This document shows positions 13,155-22,960 of a stretch of 64,000 nucleotides of DNA, one piece after another. A program made the position numbers and the translations under genes. The notes under the pieces were generated by a model. The model searched no databases and was not told where the DNA came from. It worked only from the letters and a program-made list of their open reading frames with translations. The stretch's first letter is position 1; the number at the start of each line of letters is the position of its first letter. Source of the stretch: Raillietiella orientalis (Eukaryota); assembly GCA_036172245.1 (NCBI GenBank), contig JAYWIR010000003.1:6820001-6884000 (forward strand). Direction: 5' to 3'.

Positions 13155-13960
13155 AGCCGACCCCCCGCCATTGTTCGGACGTGCATTCTTGCACCCCGGC
13201 TTTGGAATTTTCGCGGCTGTTTTTTTGGGTGTAGTGAGATACTTTCTTATGAAACTGAAGCCAACGCCTGCGTTCATGGAGGTGGAGGAATCCCCCTGCA
13301 TTGCAGGACCTTCTTCGGTAGGAGCGCAAGCCTCCGCCGATTGTGCCGAGCATCTTGCAGTAGCGGCAACTGCGTGTTGGGCACTTCCTCGGAAGGCGGC
13401 CCTCTTTGCCGTAATTGCCGCATGCCAGAGTTTCCACGGCAAACCGAACAAACACGACGGCATCACCAAGCTGGATCTGCGAAGGCAGCAGCCTCCGGTT
13501 CTCCATGGTGACGCGCGCCGTGGCGAGTCCTCAAGGGAGGCACGGAGCCTTTTTTACCGGGTTCGCGCGCTTCCGCAACGCGTGCACGCTGGCGAACGCC
13601 TCCAGTGTGCTGATGAGATCGCGGTCGGCAATTCCCAGCCGAATGGCCGAGAGCTGAACCACGAACGACTGGTCCAGGGCCGAGGGAAGGACCTCCTTAC
13701 CCCTAATTTTCAGGGGGGTTTGGAGCAGGCGCTGGACGAGGGCTGAAGGCCTGCAGTGAACCTCCCAATGCCCGAGCGCGCTCACTGGCATTAATGCCAG
13801 GAGGTCTTCCTCGCAGACCTCGACGCGTTCCAGCTCTCTCCAGAGCTGGTCACCCATCCCATCCGTAAACAAGGCACTCACCTTGTAGCAGAGAGCGGGC
13901 TTGTAGCCGTAGGCTACGTATGCTCGCAGCTCGCCTCGCCGGGGGGCGCTCCATTAACCG
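13155..13960 (-). mobile_element. Degenerate ORF1 (gag-like, two CCHC knuckles) of an L1/Tx1-like element
   Basis: ORFs 13531..13881, 12976..13506 and 12702..13469 join across a stop and a frameshift. Two decayed CX2CX4HX4C knuckles (CGNYGKEGRLPRKC and CRYCKMLG[H]SAEAC, the latter across a 1-nt frameshift) are followed by a low-complexity K/P-rich tail. Confidence 0.7.
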
Positions 13961-14020
13961 CCGTTGCCTTAGCAACGACGGCAAAACTTCTCACCGAAGG
14001 CGAGGCACAATCGGCGTTGC

Positions 14021-15885
14021 CACCCGGATACGCCGGGACCTTTATTTAAACTCCTCAAATAGTCATGACAGTACGTGGTACAAGGCCCCACTAACGGCCA
14101 ACATTCAACAGGACCTGCCGGGACGCCGGTACACAGACCAGCGTGATTCTTCTCGGCAGTGGAAGGGGATGGGGAAAAAACAAAAAGGAAAATAAAACAG
14201 ACAAAACGAAAAAAAAGAGTTTGGAGGGCCGGGAAGGGATCGCTGAGCACTGGGAGGAGGGTCCATCCTTTGCAGGATGCCCTCGAGGTCCTTCTTCATT
14301 CCACTCAGCTGGGGCCATCCGGTAGCTCTCTGTAGGAAGCGAGCAGCATACGGGATGACGTCCCTCTCGTTGTCGTCTTCATCTTCGGCTTCACTCCAGG
14401 CCGCTACAATCCCACGGATGCAGCAAAGTGCTGCCAGGGCTGCGGCTGGCTGCAGGGCGTCCTGCACGGACAGAAGGCGGTAAACGTCTCTAGAGGTCCC
14501 TCGTCATAGCTCCCAGATGGGACCAGCAGATCGCGATTCGCAGGTAGCGACCCGCGTGCACGATGGCGTCCCTATCGCTGCTTCCTCTGTTGGCTGCGCT
14601 GCACGCGGCCACAATCCCTCGGAGGCAGCAAAGCGCTGCCAGGCTTGAGGCTGGTGGCAGGGCGTCTCGCACGAAAAGGAGTCTCAGAACGTCTCTGGGG
14701 GTACTGCCGACCGGCATAGGGAGGGTCGTAGCATAACGTTCCCACAAGGGCCGGAGGGCAGCGCAGTCCACTAACAGGTGGGGGAGTCCCTCCCCCACCT
14801 GTTAGTGGACTCCTTCTCCCCGCATACTGCACAGTCCCGTCCCGACCTCCTTTTCCAGCCCTGGAGGAGGCTGGGTGGGTAAGTGGGAACGTTCCCCACT
14901 CACCCAGTGTGTGGAGGGGAGGAGAGGGGGGCGTAGCAGCTCCTGCTGCTTCCCTCTGACGAAGTCTGCCCGCGTACACAATTTAAATGTTGTACACGAT
15001 GCGCACACAAAATCTGATGATCCGAGAATGTGCTGAAGACCTTCTTTCGGTTAAAATTTCCACTTTAACCAAAACGACGTCTTTCCGAGGTCGTTGCGGC
15101 GTCGCGAGACGACGCGGTGGGGCGCGGGGCGCACAAGTCCATGAGAGGCACACGAGGCCTCCCGCTGCCCCACAGGGCGATGCGCAGGAGGCCCTTTGTT
15201 CTCTTTTTCATCTCTCGGGATCCGGGGCAAACAAAAAACAGGGGGAGAAGGATAAGAGCCACGAACGCGTTCCACACCGCGGCCCGTTCCGGCAAGTGAA
15301 ACTTGCCTTCCAGGAACGGGCCGATCGCCGACCTGACCATGCTTCTGACAGGCAGAAGTCTCCCAACGGAACGCACAGGTACTTCAAGTACCCGCCCGTG
15401 GGGATCTTCATGCGGATCCAATCAGGTCGTCCTGCTCACGTCTCTCCAACTGCCACCACCGACGATTTTGCCCTGTTAACCTGGAGTCCCGTCCCGCGCC
15501 CCAGAAGATCGAAAAAGTTTCCGACTGCGGAAGCCGGGGTGGACATAGGAAGCAGAAGCAGAAGGTCGTCCGCGTACGCTGAAACCGCAGGCGTACCGAC
15601 ATAATCGTGCGGCAGCTGCGCCAGAGTTTCCCCGTACTCTCTCAGTACCAACTCGAAGTAGGTACTAAAGAGCAAGGGGCTCAGGCTGTCTCCCTGCCGT
15701 ATGTCGCGTCGCACCGGTACACCGTGCACGGTGTGTCCACTAAAAGAGATCTGGATTAGCGCGTCGCGCTAGCGGGAGCGCAGGTAGGCCATCAAAGAGG
15801 CCGGGAAGCCTAAGCGTTCCAAAAGCTCCAGAAGGAGCCTCTGGTCGACTCAGTCGAATGCTTTATGCAAGTCGACTGCGGCCGC
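14021..15885 (-). mobile_element. L1/Tx1-like element (copy E): reverse transcriptase domains 3-7, post-RT region, duplicated C-terminus and 3' UTR; pseudogenised
   Basis: DLHKAFD*V, IRQGDSLSPLLF, AYADD, GLQVNRAKS, YLKYLC, then ERAAVWN...ALWGS..RVPLMDLCAP and EGLPHLLVDC. Two diverged C-termini lie in tandem (14490-14798 and about 14260-14467). 3' AATAAA-stem-loop at 14046-14021. Several stops and frameshifts. Confidence 0.9.
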
Positions 15886-16099
15886 TAGGGTTTCCTCCCC
15901 CTCCCGACCATTGCGTTCCCCAGCGACGGACGTTCCGGGATTCCGGTTGCCCATCCTGACCCTTTCATGTTGGACGGTCCATGGAGGCGAACCTGTTCTT
16001 CACGCGCTCGTGGCTCGAGCTGCAGCGACGCATCGCGCACCAAAGTTAGGCAGCCGCAACGACGGCTGCCACGGCTAGGCGTAGGTGCATTCAGCCTGG

Positions 16100-16357
16100 G
16101 GAAACGCCGGGTGCCTTGGCGGTCGCGGTCGATCTCCACAAGGCGTTGGACTGCATCAAGCAGGAACTCATTCTGGAGCTCTTGGAATGCCTCGGTCTCC
16201 CGGTGCACCTCGTGGCCTATTTGCGTGCATGCTGGCGCCACGCGCTCATCTCCATCTGTTTCAGCGGCTGCCACGTGTACGGCGTTCCGGTGAGGCGGGG
16301 CATCAGGCAGGGTCACAGTTCAGACTCTTCAGCATCTTCTTTGAGTTGGTGCTGAGG
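16100..16357 (+). mobile_element. Inverted RT fragment of the same L1/Tx1-like family
   Basis: AVAVDLHKALDCIKQELILELLECLGLP...GVPVRRGIRQG...FFELVLR, paralogous to the minus-strand RT at about 15640-15885. Confidence 0.85.
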
Positions 16358-17790
16358 TTTTGTTTATTACGACATTCTTGTTACATTTGTACCTTATATA
16401 AAGGTTAGTTTTACAATATGTTTGTAAAGTTTAATTTTACAGAGGTTTCAATTGTCTTTGGATACACAGCTGTTGAGGGTGGAACTTGTAAAGTGTATTA
16501 AATTAGCACTCAGAGGGACGTTAGCACCTGAATAGCTTCTGCTATTGGAGATGCGGAAGAACCGTCCAGAAGAATGTCATCTGCTTGCGGACCTACATTG
16601 TGATAGGGGAGGACTCCTGTTTGTATTTGGGATATAGGGCATAGTTCTCCGTGTGTTTGGTACATACCTACATGGCGAAGGTTTCCTTCGAGGTTTTCTG
16701 CTGGATACGCAGAAGGGTTGGGCGTGGAGATATGGTTGATGTATATGTCCCGGGAAAATTTTATAATTTTTGTACATAGATGCCTAGAGATCGCCGTAAT
16801 TGTTCCTTGAGAGATTGAGAGCAATTTTAGGAGCTTATCATTTTCGGGATCCCATGAGCCGAGCGCACCAATTACGAATGCTTGGTTGATGGCGCGCAAG
16901 CCTTCATTCCTGAGGGCGGTCTCGATCCCTGCATACTTCAGGATTTTGGTTTCTCTTCTGAAGGAAGAAACGCACGCTGTAGCGATGATATACGATTTTC
17001 AAATGAGATGAAGACGTCAATTATAACTGCTGTGGACGCATTCTGTAAAAATATGTCGGTGCGAAGAGTGGAGTTTAAGACATCTACTCGGCGATCCTTT
17101 TGGGCAATGGGCTATCGAGGGGAGAGGATCTGGAACAAGGTGTCGACAACAACGTTATGTCGTTGGGTGATCATTGCCCCGAGATAAACTGGACAGTGAC
17201 ACGGGACATGAGCCAATGTTTCTTTTACATAACCACCACATCATCGGCATTGCTCAATTCCAATAGGCGTTTCCCGATTTCCGTTGAGAAATAACAGGTT
17301 CAAACGAACACGGTGTATAAAACACCAGTCTGCGAAGCGGAATCCATCACATGCAGGCAGGAATGTCATAGAGGCTTCGTGGAGGGCTGCACATTCTATT
17401 ATTCTACCTTGGTCTGGCTTGGCTAGAAGTGATAAGCGTTTTTGCTCTCTAAAGTGAGCACGCATCGTTCGTGCCACTGGTCGCCGCTGCGGAAAGGAGA
17501 GGATTTTTGGATTTTCATGTTCAGGGAAGCGTAAAGAGAGCGTCGCAAAATTGTCGTCAAAATTCCACGTTATGGGGAGGTGCTTCGTAGCTTCCCGTAA
17601 TCGTGCGGGATCACCACTTGGGCGGTCTAAGGGGGACGAACAGCATCCATTGAGGAATCGAGTAAACAGAACCAAGTTTGGCGGCACATCAGCCTTCCTA
17701 AGTACGGCGTCGGAAAGGGAGAAGAAGGAGAGATCAGTCACATGGGAATGCGGACACATTAGTAGCTTGAACGTAGTCAGCGATCCTTGC
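16358..17790 (-). mobile_element. 5'-truncated RLE-type non-LTR retrotransposon (R2 group, Utopia/NeSL-like), pseudogenised
   Basis: FKLL, KPDQGR, FADWCFIHRVRLNLL.LNG, zinc knuckle CR*C..ETLAHV..HC, RHN, LRTD (PD motif decayed), IIDVFISFEN, FVIGALGSWDPEN and SRDIYINHI in the expected order. AT-rich 3' UTR ends AATAAACAAAA at about 16368-16358. Confidence 0.9.
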
Positions 17791-17817
17791 TGGTGCTTCT
17801 TCGACAAGAAGATTCAT

Positions 17818-18745
17818 CCCGAGGCATCCATCACGAACACTTCAGAAGAGCTGTCTGCCCTCAGGGCAAAAGATGACAGTTGCCTACTGGCAAGGTGAGA
17901 GGTCGCCTGCACTATTGTAGGAGCAACCCGGCGCATGAGTGGCTGGAGGACTAGCGAGCTGGCAGACGCCGCCATGCCTGACAACATCCCGAAAGGACTT
18001 CTTCGGTGGAGCGAACTTTTGAGTGTGCCCCCAGAAGAACTTGTGGTCCCTCCCTCCTGCTTGAACACTTCAGTGTTCCCTTTAACTTGAAAACAGGACG
18101 TCTTCATGCTGGTGCATTGGGGTTTTCACTCCAACCAGCGGACGAACCGTGTTTCCGAGGGAGTCGTCTCCCTGAACTGCAAAAGGTGCGGAAAAGTGGA
18201 AACGCTCCCGCATCTGCTTTTCGACTGTGGCGGAGGCTGGCCTCAGCTCTCCTGTTCCAGGCGGACACCTCAAGGGATTTGATGCGCCGCTTCTCCACGC
18301 CAGGGGGCCTATCGTTAGGTGCGGTGGTCGCAACGGTCCGTTGCATTCGCGCTATCGACAAGGCCCATCGACAGCTGGAGACCCAGGAGATTCGTCAAGA
18401 GGTCAGTGGAATAGCCGCCGAGAACATGACGTCAGCTGCCGGGTGACCTCATCTTCCAGAGGAGGCAAGGAATGAGATCTCCGGCATCCAACACCGGTTC
18501 TGAAAGGAAGGAAGGAACGGCCGAAGCCAAAGACCCCCGTTCCCTACTCTCCCCATATTTTTATTTATATTTTTTTAAATGTGTATTTGTAGTCTTCTTT
18601 CTTCCGTTCAGGACTTTTGAATTTACCGACCTGCGTGTCGGGGAGCCCTCCCTTCGTTTTTCTGTGCCCTTTGTCCGTGAACCTTGTTCCCGGATAGTTT
18701 AGCAATAAACGCCCCGGCGCATCCGGGTGAGAAACCGAAGGACTG
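17818..18745 (+). mobile_element. 5'-truncated L1/Tx1-like element (copy C), frameshifted paralog of copy B
   Basis: Colinear nucleotide similarity with about 12230-13149, including the shared CCGACCTGCGTGTCGG hairpin and the AATAAA-stem-loop at 18704-18729. Contains stops and deletions. The 5' boundary is uncertain (17780-17850). Confidence 0.85.
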
Positions 18746-18777
18746 GAAGATTCATAGATAAAACATGTATCTTTTAC

Positions 18778-18810
18778 AATAAACGTTCCGGCGTGACCGG
18801 GTGAAAAAAT
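18778..18810 (+). mobile_element. Isolated 3'-terminal remnant of an L1/Tx1-like element (copy D)
   Basis: AATAAACGTTCCGGCGTGACCGGGTGAAAAAA matches the 3' motif of copies B, C and E and is followed by a short A run. Confidence 0.6.
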
Positions 18811-19553
18811 ACAAGTATCTGCAATTAGCTACCTAGAATGTTTCTGACTGAAATTTTTCCTACATGTTTCTTCTTTGTGCCATATGTAATGATGGCAAGA
18901 AGTCTTTCAATCTAAAGAGGATTGTCTGCCCTCACTAATAAATTATTGCATTCTTTTTGTCATTTGAACTGCTTGCTGTTGGGAAGCAGCAGGAAGGAAG
19001 GAAACAGAAGGAAACGATACAAACATGGAACCCAATCATTCTGTAGAGTAGTTGAGACGATGACTACTGGAAAATGGCTTTCAAAAAAATCGATTTTTGT
19101 TCATCACTTGGGCACATAAATTTCGTATGCATATATATACGAACGGGAGAATTATCTTTGTTGCAAGAAACGCGACGACATTGAAGATTCTGCTTGAATC
19201 TTCACATAAACCGTCCTTGAGATTTTCGGTTAGGCTGCGCGATCCATGCGGCTGATGGCTAGCCTGCGGATCGTTTGTTTTGCTTAAGGGGGAATGAGGA
19301 GTTTTCGCCTCTTGTCAGGGCAGTGAATTAACGTGTCCTTGTGACAGTTGAGACTGATTCTAATTTTTGTCCAACGTACTTTTGTTTGCAAACAAGATCG
19401 TCAATGGGCTATATAAAGTAAATGAAAACGAGTCACTAAATCACTATTGTTGTGGTGTCTGTTTGGACGACAGTGAAGGAGTGCAGTATAGTTTGCAGGT
19501 CTGGTACTGAATAGTCTTCACATATGAACATGTTTTGACGTAACCAAGTTGTC

Positions 19554-20709
19554 ATGACGTGGCACACAATTATATGTACCCCTGATGAATTGAGTTTATC
19601 TCAAACTTTGTTTAGTGGACAAACATTCAGGTTATTTAATACTTTTTTGTTTGTAAAACTGAAATGGGTTCGTGTAATGTTTGCAAACAATGGGTTCAAT
19701 TCTTTTTGGAATTCATAACGTTTGATCCTATTGATAATTTTGTACACAGATGGAAAGAGATCAAAAAGAACAACTTCTGTGGAGTAATTGGTTCCAACGT
19801 ATGGATGCTTTGTCAAGAAGGAGATAAACTAAAGTATCAGAAGATTAATGAACATGGAATTTACACAGATGGATATAAGGAATTATACACGTACTTCAAT
19901 CTTGATGTTAATTTGGAAGCATTGGAAAAATCTTGGTCCTTGAAGAATAAGTGTTTTGCTGATTGTTTACAGGTAGCCAGAGGGGTACGTATATTACAAC
20001 AAGATCCTGTGGAAGCACTGATAACTTTCATATGTAGCACAAATAATAATGTCAAGCGGTAAGTTGTAAAATTCACACAGTTTATGACAAGTGATGATGG
20101 TGCAGAATACGTAGAATGGTAGAAACCTTATGTGGACTCTATGGAAAACAGTTACAGGTGGGAGGGGATTTTTATTCCTTCCCAACTCTTGAGTCATTGG
20201 TTACTGAAGACGTTGAAACAAAATTACGCACATGTGGATTTGGTTATCGTGCAAAATATGTTGTGAATGCAGCAAAAATGGTTTTGAAGCATGGTGGTTC
20301 AAAATGGTTAAATAATTTGCGTTCTTATTCCTACGAACAGGCTCATCAACAATTAAGAACCTTACCAGGAGTCGGACATAAGGTAAAAGACTGTATTGCT
20401 TTGAAACAAAAGTTATAATAAAGGTAGGTAGCAGATTGTATTTGCTTGATGGCATTAGGATTTATGCAAGCTGTACCTATTGATACACATATCTATCAGT
20501 GGGCAAAGACATATTACTGTACGTCTGAGCAAACTGGAAATAAACTCACACCCAACAAATATGGACTCATTGGATCTCAGATGCGGGAGATCTTTGGATC
20601 ACATGCAGGATGGGCACAAGCTGTAAGCAGTTGTTTATGAGTCAAACCAAGGAATGAATTCAACATATAGGTACTTTTCTATGCATCTATTGCAAATCAA
20701 GTGCATTAG
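19554..20709 (+). CDS. OGG1: 8-oxoguanine DNA glycosylase / AP lyase
   Basis: Exons 19554-19630, 19750-20058, 20106-20382, 20428-20622, 20671-20709. Motifs SGQTFRW, GVRILQQDPVE, FICSTNNNVKRI, GFGYRAKYV, HhH LPGVGHKVADCI (catalytic Lys), VPIDTH (catalytic Asp), AGWAQAVLF. TATATAAA at about 19410. Confidence 0.96.
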
Positions 20710-21725
20710 CCCAATGTTGGATAAAGATGTTCAGAGCACGTGCGTTGTCGCTGTTGAACAAAACCTCTCTGCAACAGATCCTGTATGTGCTGCACTATAA
20801 GCTCAACAGCAACTATTGGAGCAGATTTATATCGATTGATTTTGTTACTCAGTTACCTGTGTTATCTCCTCCCCTAGGTATGATCACATCTGCAAATTTT
20901 TTTGTCTATTAAAATGCCAAATAAAGCAAGCAGCATTAAAAAAATACACCTTAAATTACCGGCAAACAGAATTCATCAAAGCAAGGTTTGACAAATTTCA
21001 TGTATTGATTAAGAACAGGATCCAGCTCCCGATGTCTCTCGTGTACATCTCTCAGTACTGTGGGATTTTAGAACATTGGAAAATAAAAATATACCTCTCC
21101 TTGATAAACGAATATCTGCATCTAAATCTACAAATAGGCGCAGATGAAATAGTTCTCTTATCTCTTGAAAATAGAAGAGTAAGATCCCCTCAAACAGAAT
21201 TACATCTGCGTCTGCTATTGTTTGCTGTTCATTGTCAAAGCTGCAACACATTCTGAGGTCTGTTATTATGAAGACTTTACCATGAATTCGTCTTGTAATT
21301 ATAGATGGGAATTTTGATGGGATGACCCTTTAATAATTCACATAATGTGTTGTAACATTTCCCATTATCAAAAGCATCTGAAATACATGTATTTTATGGA
21401 CCTGTTGCATGATAATACCAGGATGGTCAAAATTGTAGCATCCTTTGGCGGCTAGCTGTTGCTGTTCGGCATTTAATTCTTGATAGAAACTGTCTTGGGT
21501 TATAAAAGCAATCTTTTTTTCCAAACCAGTTTGCTCATCTAATTTTTTCATTATCTGGTTGCAAACGGAGGTCTGCATGGGAGTATTACACATCTTATTG
21601 AAACGACTTACTTTTCCCGCAGCTGTGCCACCTGCGACTCCAATCAGAAATGTCTTACTTTGCGTTCTGTGGGTGTCGGGAGAAGGATTTTCGAGAGTGG
21701 CGGTGGCTGTCTCCTCCGATTTCAT
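20706..21725 (-). CDS. UCK: Uridine-cytidine kinase
   Basis: Exons 21725-21612, 21572-21419, 21377-21281, 21240-21095, 21057-20960, 20905-20857, 20812-20706. Motifs [16 protein letters not shown] (Walker A), [74 protein letters not shown]. Confidence 0.96.
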
Positions 21726-22366
21726 TACTTGCGGCGGTCGCAAAGTTTACGGAACATGAACGCGAGTGTTGGTGGGGTGTACTCCCAAGTGTGCAAAATT
21801 CGTGTAAGTTGTACGTAGGATCGTGGCCACGTGCAGTCGAAGCAAAGAGTGACCCGTGGAGAAGGGGATATGCAAGCTTGGGGTTTGAATCAAGGACTCG
21901 TGGCCACACGAGGCGAAAGAAGCGCACGGAAAACTCGTGCGAGCAGCGGCACGTAATACATCAGGAATCGATTTTCAACCGTTTTTCTTTTTCTTTCTTT
22001 CTTTCTTTCTTTTTTTTTTTTTTTTTTTTTCTTTTAGAAAAAAAAGAAAAGGTCTGTTGTTTTTGCGCAGATAATATTTTGGCCACAAAGGTCAACAACG
22101 TTGGATGGGCAACTGATAGGCAAATGAACACCACACCCTTGAGGTTTTCTACGCAGGAGGTTCCACAACAATGCACACGTTGCCATGGAAAAAACGGAAT
22201 TTCGATCCACGCCGCAGTAACAATGCCGAGCCCTTCGCAAGTACCAAAAAAAAAGCATTGTCAGCGTTCAGTTCAGAAAAATTATTTGCGCGAGGTGGAG
22301 GTGGTTTGGAATTCCTGCTTTGCCCTCTTTGGACCTGTGTACCGTAAATTATCACTCGGCGCGGAA

Positions 22367-22960
22367 ATGACGCAAGCGAACGAGACGTACGAAAGCACCC
22401 CCAAAACTTCCTACGGAGAATCGGATGAGGTCGAAGACCGCTACAAGAGCCAATCCTACACGCCACTGAAAGAGTACGACGACAGCGACGACGACCTCGA
22501 ACCGGGAGACCCCGGGTTCGGCAAGTACTTCGCGAAGCAGCGTGCTGCCGCAGGCGTGCTGCCTTGGGACAGCGTGCCAGCGAGCACCTCCTACCTCGAC
22601 CCCGTCCTCGATAACGCGAACTTCGTCCCCAAAGGCCTCAGAAATGTGGACCTATTGAGCTACGATCCGTACTTCAGAGGAGACAGGCGTTTCCCGAAAC
22701 GACTAAGCGATGACTTTCTGTTTCCGCGCCCCTTCCCCCAAAGGCCATACTGGCAACGATACAGAAGTTACCCACGGAGAACCCCCAAGTACTTGAGAAA
22801 CTTATATTCGGACCGACTCAACAACCTGCTGTCCTACGACAGAAACTGCGCGAGGAACGAAAACTGCATCTCGTCACCCTATGGAAGAACGCTTCCATGG
22901 CAGCAAGGTCTCCGATCCTTTTCACGCACAGGAATCCGGTCAAGGAACCCGTGGTTCTAA
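22367..22960 (+). CDS. Intronless hypothetical protein (about 197 aa; acidic N-half, R/P/Y-rich C-half)
   Basis: Long open frame with marked C/G-ending codon bias (GAC, TAC, TTC, AAC) that the upstream part of the 436-aa ORF lacks. AATAAA at 23095-23100. No recognisable family. Start uncertain because upstream in-frame ATGs exist. Confidence 0.55.
   Translation: MTQANETYESTPKTSYGESDEVEDRYKSQSYTPLKEYDDSDDDLEPGDPGFGKYFAKQRAAAGVLPWDSVPASTSYLDPVLDNANFVPKGLRNVDLLSYDPYFRGDRRFPKRLSDDFLFPRPFPQRPYWQRYRSYPRRTPKYLRNLYSDRLNNLLSYDRNCARNENCISSPYGRTLPWQQGLRSFSRTGIRSRNPWF

Noticed and set aside
13930..14050. Possible HDV-like ribozyme at the element 5' end
   Set aside because: A P4-like hairpin followed by TAATG is present, but I could not build P2/P3/P1.1 and the catalytic C position is not there.
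19225..19320. Fragmentary resemblance to 7SK (CGGCTGAT..GGCTAG), U5 loop 1 (TTTCGCCT) and a CCTAACC telomerase-template-like word
   Set aside because: Matches are very short, internal T4 runs would stop Pol III, and the invariant U5 loop is not intact; kept only as an unassigned structured candidate.
21281..21310. UCK has Asn (YNYKTNS) where human UCK2 has the specificity residue His117
   Set aside because: As I recall, Asn at this position is common in arthropod UCKs, so it is not evidence of altered specificity.
21650..22366. N-terminal half of the 436-aa ORF
   Set aside because: Runs antisense through the UCK start and across a poly-T tract (poly-Phe); lacks the codon bias of the 3' half.
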